Below, piece after piece: positions 37,473 through 49,700 of a DNA stretch of 64,000 nucleotides; the first letter of the stretch is position 1, and each line of letters begins with the position of its first letter. A program made the position numbers and the translations under genes. The notes beneath the pieces were generated by a model that did no database searches, was not told the DNA's origin, and worked only from the letters and a program-made list of their open reading frames with translations. This stretch comes from Antedon mediterranea (taxonomy: Eukaryota; Animalia; Echinodermata). The stretch spans positions 24,721,432 through 24,785,431 of the forward strand of contig NC_092679.1 in assembly GCF_964355755.1 (NCBI RefSeq). The letters run 5' to 3'.

Positions 37473-38990
37473 TTAATAATGTCTTTCAATTCGAAAGGTA
37501 AAACATAAATGTAAACAATCATAAAGAATTCAAATTGTTTATAAATAACAAATGAAATACAGTATTTAGTAAAAGGAAATGAAGTAAATTGAGAAAGTAT
37601 TGACGTTCGATTGTCTGCATTTAATTCAGAAGTATATTTATCATGATATAAACAACACTTTCTTAACTTCTTTTTTTAAATTAAATAACAATAACAAAAA
37701 TTGAAATGTCACCTTCTTCAATATTTCTTATATGACACTGCGTTTGTTTACATGCTAATTTTGTTGCTTTTATGATCTATTTTCTCATTATTTTCGGAAA
37801 ACAATCGACTAAAAATCCCTTTCAGTCTTTTGCGAGTGAATAGCCATTATATATGAAACAATAATCAACCTAGAATCGCAACATGATGGGTGCAAATATC
37901 TCCGTTATCACCACTCTTCACTTTTGATTTAGGTGGAAGATTGCTTGGGGTCACGACATCCTATGCCTATGTAACAACCATTAATATTCCAGAGTAACAT
38001 TTTATACTGAATAGCAAGCCAAGGAATCGATTGGTGGAAACTAACCAAGCGTGCTTGTAATGTTAACGCATATAATGTTTCTGAAATCAATATGGATTAA
38101 TTAATGTTTAAGCCTCTGTGGACATACGTGACAGGTTCAAATTGATTCCAAGATTCATTCAACCTCAAATCATTTTCTAAACTCGACTACCTTGCATGCT
38201 TCGTCCAATTTAACTTAAATAAGTTTATAAAGTGTCAATGAAATTATGCAATAACAAATTGTAGATTACTTGTTTTTATATAGTAAAAAAATATTCTTAT
38301 AAATACTTTTTATATGGCATGTTTAGCTAATATACTACATAATGGTCGATTGTGCTGCTGCTTTGAGTGAAACTCGTTTTATACACTAAATTTTTTTTCG
38401 CGTTAAATGCGAACGCACTACCAGTTTTGAGACGCGTTTCATACATTTTCGCGTTTAATGCGAACGGACTACAGCGCAGTTTCGGTGTTTTCGGAAACCA
38501 TATAGATTTTGAATTTGAATGGTAAGATATTAAACATCCATTGTAATAATACAACGAATGGAACAATTCAATGTATTTTTTAGCAAATTATGCTCTGACA
38601 TGGTGACATGCTCTGACATATTGTTGCATAAAATGCACTTATTAAAATCTTGCCAACTAAATTATTTTTAAAGTGACCATTCCGTTGTTGGTGCGTGGTT
38701 TTAATGTCTACGCTTGCATTCTTTCTCGGTTGGTCATCTCTTGGTGCATGTCACGCAAGAATCTGCGTCTTGCACGCATCACGTCACCTCCGACCCACTT
38801 TTAGCATAAGAAAATATAATGTACAGTAATATTTGTGAAATATTCATTTCGTATGTTTATTTCATCATAATATAATAATTTATATGTTTTAAAGAAATTA
38901 TCAAAAATAAATATAATTATAAAGGAAGGAAAAATGATACGCCTTTTTAGTTTTTTAATTCAAATGGTGATTGCACGCTTCCGGGTATAC

Positions 38991-39028
38991 TATATAAAAC
39001 AAAACCCAGCATGAACATTTTCATCAGT
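38991..39028 (+). promoter_or_regulatory. Candidate TATA box and initiator for the K2P gene
   Basis: TATATAAAA at 38991 and TCAGT at 39024, about 170 nt upstream of the ATG. Motif match only, in AT-rich DNA. Confidence 0.35.
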
Positions 39029-39194
39029 GACTTTTCTCTCCATATAATTGTTACTCGTCGTGTACGATTTATGCGGCAAGTAATGTTATTGGTTAACGAG
39101 TATTTCCAAACGACAAAGTCGGTTATTATCGAATCAACTGAGCGCGCTAAAATGATTCATACAGCTACCATTTAAATACACTTTGTTGGAAGAT

Positions 39195-39510
39195 ATGAAA
39201 CAGGCAGCACGGCGACTCATCGTGCTTCTCATCTCATTTTATGCATATTTATTTGTCGGTGGACTCACGTTTAGCTTCTGTGAGAGTGAACACGAGAAGA
39301 AAACACGCCGGTTGTTCTTTGATGAATTGGATTATTTCCTTGAAAATAACACTTGTGTTGAGCGTAAACAACTTCATGCATTTATCCAGAAGTTGATAGA
39401 AGCTGAAAACAATGGCGCTATATTTATGTCGAATGATTTGTTTGTTAATAATTCACGCTGGAGACTACCAAGATCTCTTTACTTCAGTGCCACAACTATA
39501 ACTACCATAG
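39195..39510 (+). CDS. K2P channel exon 1 (M1, cap, P1)
   Basis: MKQAARRLIVLLISFYAYLFVGGLTFSFCE...WRLPRSLYFSATTITTIG; donor G|gtaaga. Confidence 0.9.
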
Positions 39511-42500
39511 GTAAGAATATTATTATTTTCTAAATTGTTTTCTTATGTCTAACAACTAAAATTAAATCAGTACGGTAGGCTTACGAAAATACATTATTTG
39601 AGTTGTTTTCTTATGTCTAACAACTAAAATTAAATCAGTACGGTAGGCTTACGAAAATACATTATTTGAGTTGTTTTCTTATGTCTAACAACTAAAATTA
39701 AATCAGTACGGTAGGCTTACGAAAATACATTATTTGAGTTGTTTACATGCAATCAATTATCTTTTTACCAAACAAATCATAATTTAGTATCCAAAACGTT
39801 TGAATATAATGTAATAAAATCTACCAATGTTTTATTTCAACAACGTAATGTTAATTGGCAACGATGAATGTCATTGTTTGTTAGTCCTACCGAATTATAT
39901 AATAGAAAATCTTTATGACTATGGAAAATATAAATAATAAACCACTTTATTATTGAAATTGAAAGATAACATTTCAGTTAACAAGCCGTCAAAATACGCT
40001 TCTAATATTGACAGAATAACATTGATTTTTAATTGTTATCATTACATCATCAAGGACATAGTATTCATGTGCCATAACCAACATCATTTTTTCATTCTAT
40101 TCTCTATCAATCTCATCTTCAAAGATCATAATGACCAAAGCCTTCATGATCAATTTCATCTGCATAATAATGATCTTGATCACCATCGTCGTCTTCATCA
40201 CCATCCTTATCACCTTCCTCATCTCCAAGGATCATAACGATCTTCACGATCAGTGTCATTATCATCTCCATAGTAATGATCATACATCATGATCAACGTC
40301 GTCATCTTCATCACCATCGTCATCTCCAAGGATCATAACTATCTTCATGATCAGTGTCGTCGTCGTCATCATCACCGTGTTAAAAAGATAATAATAAATA
40401 TCACTATCATTATCACCGTCTTCGTCATCATTATCACTATAAAATTCTTCCTCATTACTCATCTGATTACTATCATCATTATCACTATCAAATCAAATTA
40501 TCACTATCGTCTGCATCATCATTATAATTATTATCATCGCTCGTTCATTACCTTGTGTGTGTTGATATTTATTTGAACATCTAATTTGCTTTATGATTTT
40601 GAGTCACGTAGTAATTAGTCAAAGTCCTAACAGCCATTTACTAACGTGACATATTTCAAGGAATGCGGTGTAATTTATTTGCAAATATAGGCATACTCTA
40701 CTTGTAAGCGTGTTACTTACACGATACATTTAAAAGAAATCAATTAATGCTATACTATCTATAGTCTACTTTTAATTTTATAGATCCCCTATGCCGATAA
40801 AACGCAATGCATTAGCATACTAACGTTTGTCACACAATTTGTATAGTGAATCAATGATCATCAAATTTTAGTTAAAGCATAAACGCCATTCTACTATAAA
40901 AATTGCAATCATTTGGATTATTACTTCAGGATGCGTTTTCTTTTGTCCGCCGTCACCCTAATCCCCTTACTTCAGGATGCGTTTTCTTTTGTCCATCGTC
41001 ACCCTAATCCCCTTACTTCAGGATGCGTTTTCTTTTGTCCACCGTCACCCTAATCCCCTTACTTCAGGATGCGTTTTCTTTTGTCCACCGTCACCCTAAT
41101 CCCCTTACTTCAGGATTCGTTTTCTTTTGTCCACCGTCACCCTAATCCCCTTACTTCAAGATGCGTTTTCTTTTGTCCACCGTCACCCTAATCCCCTTAC
41201 TTCAGGATGCGTTTTCTTTTGTCCACCGTCACCCTAATCCCCAACATACGTTATTCCAGGCGAATATAAAACGTTCGGGTCATTAAAATGATTGTGTTTT
41301 TTAAATGGTCAAGCGCGATTTACGCCTCTACGTATTTTGTCAACTCTCCACTTTGTGGTTAGAAGCACAACTGCTGAGTTTAAGATTACCTGCTTTGCCA
41401 ACTGTTTTGCAACATTATCATAACGAACCGTTTGTAGACATACAAGTCACTAAAAATAGAAATAATACGTAAATATTAGAGTCTTAATAATGTGTCTTTA
41501 AATTTAGATGAAATTGTACCAGAAAAAAATGAAATGTGCACTCTTTCTTGATTGTACCATGATTGTGTTAACTTTATAGAATTACCTTGTCAACATGATA
41601 TATCAATCTATTTGTTATGTTCATGACTCTTACTTAAAAGCACAATAACCTATTGACATTTAAAATACTAAAATAGGCCTTGTTAAAGACAAACATTGTA
41701 AGATGGTTTGCCCAATGCAATTGTTAGTTTTGGTTTACAAAAGAAGCAGCATCAGCAAATGGCCGTTTACCCTAAATGACTGCTGAAGTATGTGCTGTAT
41801 ATGGTGAAAGTGTGTCCCGTTCCCGTTTATGATTATCAGTATGGTAATTAATCTTATAAACTGTAACGTTTTAATTATGAAATATGACGCCTTCTACTAA
41901 GTCGAGAGTTACGGCCAAACGCTAGCTGATTATCATTAGTAGTACTGTATGTCTATAGGCCTAGAACTTAATGTTTTAGTTATTAAAGTGTGTATAACAA
42001 CCAATGTATTTGCTATGGGAAAATGTACAAACACAAATAATGCTAATGTTAGAATCTAAGTAAGTTAACTGAGTTTTGTGTGTTTTTATTTCAATCAATT
42101 TTCTTGATACTGCTTTATTCTATTCCGTTACGTTGTTTAGTTCTGTTGAATTGCAGAATTAAGTTACCTCTCTTGACATTTAGGGATCGTATCGTATAAT
42201 TGAAGCAAAAGATAATGGTCATGGAGTCCCAACAATCTTCATTTGAATTACCATAATAAAATAGTAATGGTTATTTAACAATACACCAAAAGTATACCTA
42301 AGATTTGCCTGCACACTTTTCTTGACGACGGGTCATTTTCCAGGTTAAGCCGTCTATGTTTTAAACAAATTGCTGGTTAGAAGTAAGCTGATGATGAGTG
42401 TGTGTTGTAGAAATATGGTCTTAGAGTGTTAAAGATTATAGTGATTACCATATTTTTACAACATTTTTATCATCAGCTTACTTCAAACAAACTGTTTTTT

Positions 42501-43780
42501 AATCTTTCAAGATAGTCTCAAACCTCTTTCCCAGATTATCACATTGCCTAAGTTTCTTTCAGACATTCAGTATCGCGTTCCAACACAATTTTTGTATTAA
42601 AAATATATAAGTTTTAGTGTAGAAAGGAATATTTAAGGCATATTACTTATTAGGCCTATTAGTTTATAATGTCATGCATGTTATTAAATTTAATCGCCAC
42701 TTCAAGGTTATAATAATAGTTTTTCTGCAATGAAACATCAACAAACTGTAAATCGTAGATTTTGTAATTTTATATTTTACATTGATTTAAAAGTATATCA
42801 ACTGTATAATACTCACGTGACATAGAGGATGAACTTTATGTAAACAGCTAATTTCACATCTTTGTTGATTTATTTTAATCAAGAAATGTCACTTAAACTA
42901 TCCTAACAAACACACCACTGTCTGATTTATGTTTTATCTTGCAGGTTATGGGTATATAACTCCAAAAACCAACGAAGGCCAGGTGATATGTGTGGCGTAC
43001 GCTTTTTTTGGTATCCCTTTGACAGGATGGCTACTATCCGTTATCGGAGACTTGTTCGAGGGAAAAGTCAAAGATTTTGTCTTAAGGCTGAATTCTTGTT
43101 TGATACGTTTTATAAGCGCTCCTCGATTACGTAATAATTTGATAATATTTATTACATGTGCTCTGGTATCGAGTGTTATCTTAATTCTGCCTTCTTTACT
43201 CATTTATTTACTTGAAGACGATTGGAGTTTTATTCAAGCAATATACTTTTCGTTTATTACGTTAAGTACAATCGGCTTTGGTGATCTTGAAATTGCTGAG
43301 GGTTCCAGAAGTGAGGGATCTAGTTCAAAAACAGCAGAGCACACCTTCTATGCAATTGTAATTATTTTGTATCTTCTTCTTGGATTAGGTGTCTTAGCTG
43401 CAATTTTTAAAGCGACAACCAGGCGTTATCAAAGGAACAAATTATCAAAGAGTGTACGCTCGCGACTTTGGGGAGCTGTAAAAAGAGTTTTAGTCTTGAT
43501 GGAGTTGAGAAGAGCTTCTATAGCATCATGTAGTGGCAATAGTAGCTTCTCCATTCCAGCCGATTTAGCGAGTCGTAGGGGTACAATTTTAGCAATTCCT
43601 GATCTTTACACAATATCCGAAAATGAAGAAACATCTTTTAATACTACTGGGTCGGGATTTGAAAATATTTTAGATACAGAATTAGAGGATCTATTAAAAA
43701 CGATACTGCAACAATTAGCAAGAACCGACGACAATCACAGGAAGGAGTTCTATGATATGATAAACCGTGCAAGTCGATGA
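39195..43780 (+). CDS. Two-pore-domain potassium channel (K2P/KCNK family), 2 exons, 383 aa
   Basis: Exons 39195-39510 and 42945-43780. Splicing rebuilds pore loop 1 TITTIG|YG; pore loop 2 is FITLSTIGFGDL. Four hydrophobic TM segments and a cap-domain cysteine (ENNTCV). Subfamily cannot be assigned by eye. Confidence 0.93.
39535..39744. repeat. Tandem repeat, 68-bp unit x3 (K2P intron)
   Basis: Unit TTGTTTTCTTATGTCTAACAACTAAAATTAAATCAGTACGGTAGGCTTACGAAAATACATTATTTGAG. Confidence 0.95.
40100..40545. repeat. Degenerate (CAT)n trinucleotide low-complexity tract
   Basis: Runs of CAT/CGT/TAT triplets that produce spurious His-, Ile- and Asp-rich ORFs. Confidence 0.85.
40921..41242. repeat. Minisatellite, 46-bp unit x7 (K2P intron)
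   Basis: Unit TTACTTCAGGATGCGTTTTCTTTTGTCCACCGTCACCCTAATCCCC. Confidence 0.97.
42945..43780 (+). CDS. K2P channel exon 2 (M2, M3, P2, M4, C-tail)
   Basis: ttgcag| acceptor; YGYITPKTNEGQVICVAYAFFGIPL...WSFIQAIYFSFITLSTIGFGDL; stop TGA ends at 43780. Confidence 0.92.
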
Positions 43781-46700
43781 AGTAAGGACAATATTGCAAT
43801 CAGACATCCAAAAACTTGTGCACATTCCATTGCGTAACCTATTACTATCATTTTTATTTTGTTTTCAAACAAAAACCACCACCATTAAGAGGACACCTAT
43901 TAAAGGGACGGACATTTGAATGTGGCAAATGGTTGATTCAAACTCCATTAAAAGGATTTTCCATCACAAAAACAACAAAATTGATTAAATTTAACAGTAT
44001 ATTTTTTTCTCTGGCTTTGTCCAATGCATGATAGTTTTCATTGTCGATAGAATCCACATTCAGATTCTCCTTGTATTTATACAGACAGTAACTTATACTG
44101 TGTAAATACAAGCACACTGTTCCATAACCCACACCCATTTTCCCTGGCCTCCATAGTATCGCCACATTTCCATAGTTAGTGCACATACACATTAAAAGCC
44201 AAATTGCTGTGAAACGTTACTAATCCTGGATCCAGATTTTGAAATAGGACATAAACAATGTAAAATGAAATACTAAAATGTTTTTTTAGGGTTTTTTTTG
44301 CCTCGAAAACTCCTTATTAGTGGTTAAATGTTCCCTAACTATTAAAAGTGGCACTTTGCGGTTTGAGGGTATAAAGTCATGCTCCTCGCGATCATTTGCA
44401 CTGCGGCTATAGAATGCATAGGCCTTGTGAAAAATTATTAAAAATTACGTGACAAGCACACTCCTCCAATCAAGTGACAATGATCTACTCAGGTATGTTA
44501 TGATATCTACTTTCAACTCGTCTCCTTGTCAATTCTTTACGGGAAAAGGGTCTAAATTGTATTTATTTTATGAAATGGATCGTGTTGTTTTTAATGATTT
44601 GAAGGCACAGTGAAACCTCGACACAAAACATTTAAATATTGCTGAGTTGCTTTTTATTTTACAAAGTTCAAGGTTTTGAAACCAAAAGCAATGTATAGGC
44701 CTGTTAAATTTTATTTATAATATATATAACAAGATAATTATACTAAACTATACGAAAGGGATTATTTTTAACCTACTTGTACTATCTATTTATTTATATT
44801 ATTCATAATATTCTTAATACACAGCAGATTCAGATAAACATACTTTTTTTGGATAATTGGTTTTCCTTTAAACGTAGTAGACAGACCACCTAGTATATTG
44901 ATAATGCATTTTATAATTGATGGTCTAAAGAATGGGTGGTTTGTATTTGAATTTAATGCTTATGCAATATTATAAAAATAATGAATATTTATGAATTGGA
45001 TGGTACAGATAATTTATGAAATGAAAATAGAATTGAATATTTTACCCGATGAAGATGTCACATCTCCCTGCGGTTAATACTGTAGTTGTTGCAAAACAAC
45101 AGGCGGCGCATGTTAGACTTTACGCGGGCCGTTAAATAATAATGAATGTTTATGAATGCAATGGTACAACTAATTTCAAATGTGAAAGATCAAAGGTTAT
45201 ATTGACCTTTCACATTCAGATTGAAAGGCCTAGGATAGGTTATGATACCTATTTGTTGTCTTTTAAAATAACTTCTAAAGAAGGTACCTTTTACCCTCTA
45301 TATAACTTAATCGTCCAATCAAAATGACCGGAATCTATTTAGGTGATAATACCATCTATCAAACACCGTGTAAACCACAATCGTCCAATCAAATGACAGA
45401 AATTTAGTAAGTTTATTAATAGAGATAGTGGGCATGTAAGATGCATTTCATAGATGGCCTATCTAAATAACAATATGTTTGTATTTGAATTTATAATGCT
45501 TATGCAATATTAAAATAATATATAGATCTAACTATAACAAGTAAAGTAAATCAATCCTAGTAAGAGTCATGAAAGAACGAGAGAACGTACAATTTTTGCG
45601 TGGCCGCCGCATCATGGTTAAAATAATGCAACTTGTTTTATTTAGTCTTGCTCTTTGTGCAATTTGAATAATACGTTTATAATTATGTAATGTTTTATAA
45701 AGGTAAATAAATATAACGCATTTTAACGCGTATCCTTTATCATTCTTAACTGTACATTATAATGTCTGAGTTCGGCGGTTACCGGTATCATTCAAAGCAA
45801 GTACGTATTTTAGCATCAAATACAATACAGAGTATAAAGATAGATTATTTTAATTGAATTCGTTCATTTTCCTTAAAAGGAACCTATTATAGAGAAAATT
45901 CCTGCAAATACCAACTTTTTACCATTTTCATTAATCAAGAATGATTCATGATAATACTAATAAGTTCAATTTAATATAGCGCAAAATGCAGGGCGCCTCT
46001 CCAAACGCTGAACAATCAAATGAAATGAAAACACTCATCCAGAAACTGAGTGAAGTACTTTGCAAAACATATTCAGTTAAAACTATATTCTGATAGAGGG
46101 CTCACTTCTACTTAATATTTTGCCCATATTAATATTTCATCTCATGTGGAATACACAGGTAAGTCAGATTTTAATATGATAAGCTTTTGTGGCGTCGACG
46201 TCACCCATATCAATTTTTCTGAAACATAATAGGCATGTTCTGTAAGTAGGCCTATACACCTATTAACACCGAAACATTCAGGACAATAATAATAATATGT
46301 GTCGGTCAAGTTTTATAACGTTTGTAAAGGTGTAGAGGGCGTAAATACATAAAAGTAATTAATATCAAATAAAATCAGAAAGTATTTTTTTGTTTAATAT
46401 TTGTTACTCTCTCTTTGATAGAATGTGAATTACTGACTGAATAACCAACTTTAAGCATTCGACAGAAGTGCCTTTCATGTCACGAGTGGTGGGAACAGAC
46501 GACGTACTATATTCAGCGAAATGTTAAATTGTTAAACATTTCTCATGCAATAGCTCCCTCTATAGTTTATAAAGTCATGTGTACTACAATAATAACTTGT
46601 AACTTGATTTTAATTTATTTGGAAAATCATTATAAAAAGTGAATGGCATTGCTTACAGTTAGATATAATTATTATGAAGATTTTGTCAGGATATACAAAC

Positions 46701-49700
46701 AAATTTCTTTCGAATAAATTCGGGTTTTTTGGGGGTTTTTTTAGAATTTGGGATTCTAATATATGAATTTAGTAACTTAAAAAATAAGTTTTATATAATA
46801 TATGATAGTAATTAGACTTGAAAACTAAGCAGAAATTGAGCGTGACAGGATCATGTTATCAGTTACATACCATTATTTCTAATGAAATATTTGCAACATT
46901 TTGACTGAGTTCTTTATTTATTGTACTACGTACAGTTGGTACCTCTGAGGCTCTAACTCTATCCAGGGAGATATATTAAATTATTCTATTATTTCCCTTC
47001 TCTATAAATGCGGAAGTTGTCTATGACTGAGTTTGCTCCAAGGGTTGTTATATAAAGATGATGATGATAACGATATCAAATTTACAAAACAGTGTATAAT
47101 TTCCGGCCATCTGGAAACTTAATTTCTCAAATGAAGCCTACGGTTTATTTAAAAGAATCAAATACAATTTCGATTGAAGAGAATTAGTTTAGTTCATTGA
47201 CAAATAAATCTAGTTATTTTTGCATCGTTGAACTTCACTGGTCATAATTGATAACAAATCGCGGGGCCAGGCCTTTTCATTTTTTATTGCATGCTTACCC
47301 AGCTAATAATCTGACTTTTGGTAACGTTATAAATACGTTATATTTTGTTTTGAAACACGAAAGGTTTCATTCATTATACCTTTTAACTTCTACGATACGC
47401 GTTTACAAAGTATTTACATTATAAAACGTTTTTTTGTAATAACATTTCGGAAGTACTCATATGTGGATTATATTTTTAACGTCCTCAATAACGTGTCTTT
47501 TTTCCTTTTTTTCAAATCTCATAATATAAATATACGGTATATAAAGTTAACCATTAAGCCTATAAAACAACACAAAACAGAAAAAACACCACATCCGACC
47601 AAATTAGATAAAATGAACAATACTCTTGTAATGCGTTAAACTATTGTGTAGTTTGCAAGCATATAGTTAATATTTAGATAATGAAATTTGTAAAATTAGA
47701 TAAAGTTATAACGCCAAAGCTAATCCGTTCATTGGTTAATTGAAGAATATTTCCTGTTACTTCAAGCACAAATTAACACACAGACTAGGTGTTTAACCAA
47801 GAGAGTGTTCAGTGTTATTTTCTTAATAATATTGATTTTAAATAGCTTTTGTTGAAACAAGTTAATTTGTGTATTGAATACGTTTTAATATTAGTTGGCA
47901 TCCGTGTAAAATTTATATTCACTTTCCGTCTTTTGTGATTTTTTTTAATTCTTTGAGTTATAATACTTACTGCCATTGACTTGTGATAATAAATAACTTT
48001 TAAAATAATAATAATAGAGGCATTGAAACTAAATTCTATACTTAATAATAATAAGTCAGTCTTTTTCTCTGTTTGTCCAGTGTTTGATGAGGAACTTTGG
48101 TTTAAATTCAGTCTTATTTGCTTCTTTCACGTATTGCTTCTATTGAATTATACATTATGGACAAGTTCCGACAGTGACACTAATCATTGATCATTGCCTG
48201 CAAAAATGATTTATGATGCGATACGCTTACATCTTTAATATTGCTATTTAAAAAGGTATTATATACCTAAATATTCCTTATCCTCTGTAAATAATATTAC
48301 GAGTGTGTAAGTAGGCCTAAAGCAGTTTCCATATTTCTATAAAACATAATACCATAACACTTTCTATGTAAACAAGTGAACAAAACACAGACAGATTGAA
48401 TACATATATAGAGTCTGATGTATTTAATCACAAATTGTACAGCGTGTTTCGCAGCAACCTGATTGTAGCTCATTATATGACATGCAATTCGAATTACACT
48501 GCAAACAATTCTATTAATAATACCAATGCTAGTTAACTCGGATTATTTATTGTTGTGTCGCGGTTTTGTTTTTCTGATCCTGAACCTGTACCTTACATTT
48601 TAAGCTTCATTTCATGATGATGATAATTTACATATATAATTTAATAATTGGGATACACACATACAAAATATGTGATCAAACAGAAAGATTTTATAAGAAA
48701 TTAAAGTTACAGACATACACTAGCCTTTACCTTAGTATAGAACTACTACAACGAACAACATACAATTGATAGTATATATACTATCAACATACTATATACT
48801 ATATACTATATACTATGTGAAGGAAAAGGGGTAATTTCATTTGAGTACATTATTTATAGGTACATTTTGTAGTATACAACTGTTGGCTTATCAATCAAAC
48901 TATTAAAGCCGCATAAATGTGACCCTATGTTCGCATCGCGCATGCGCCCACTCCCATCCAAAAGTACACTATATTTAACTTACTCCAGTCCAAATTGTAT
49001 AAATGATTGACATTATCGCAAAATATTTTGCAATACATAGCCGGGTTATGTAAAGCCAATATCATGCTGCAGACTTTTTTCCCGGCAGCCGGTAGCTTGT
49101 TGAAACAACCCGGCGATTCCACTTTACAGTAGGTAATTTAACACATACGTTTAAAACTTAAATAGTAGCAGATGACGGTAAAATTCCAGAAAAAAATAGC
49201 AATAGAAGTTTTAGCAGCTTAAGCAACCGTTGAGCACTAGGTAATAGCAGATATTAGCGTTTCTAAAAAGGTAATAGTAGGATTTTGGCAATAGCATTCA
49301 TGAAAAGTTAAAGCAAAGCGAAATGTAGCCTTAGCAGCGACAAAATTAGCATAGGTTATAAAATAAAAGTTATAAGAAGCAATTGTGAGCTTACGTTTGC
49401 AAAATTGTTATATGACATTGGGACCCTTGACCCTCTTTCTCCTTCCACTTTTTAGTAAACGTAAATATTAGAACAGTGAGAGTAAAGTCGTTACATAAAC
49501 CCTATTAAAACCGTTTTTAAGGAAGTTGTCGTAAGTGCTGAGTTTGCTGTATATTGATTATGATATAAATATAACGATTTACAAAACAGTGTATAATTTC
49601 CGCCAGCCATATGCAGTTTTTTTTAAACTTTTCTTGAAACTTTTGTTGGAGGAAAATCATCAATTATCCTATAGTTGTTATTAAAGATTGACTTGAATTA

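Noticed and set aside
39953-40576. His-rich and acidic ORFs
   Set aside because: Degenerate (CAT)n low-complexity tract in the K2P intron.
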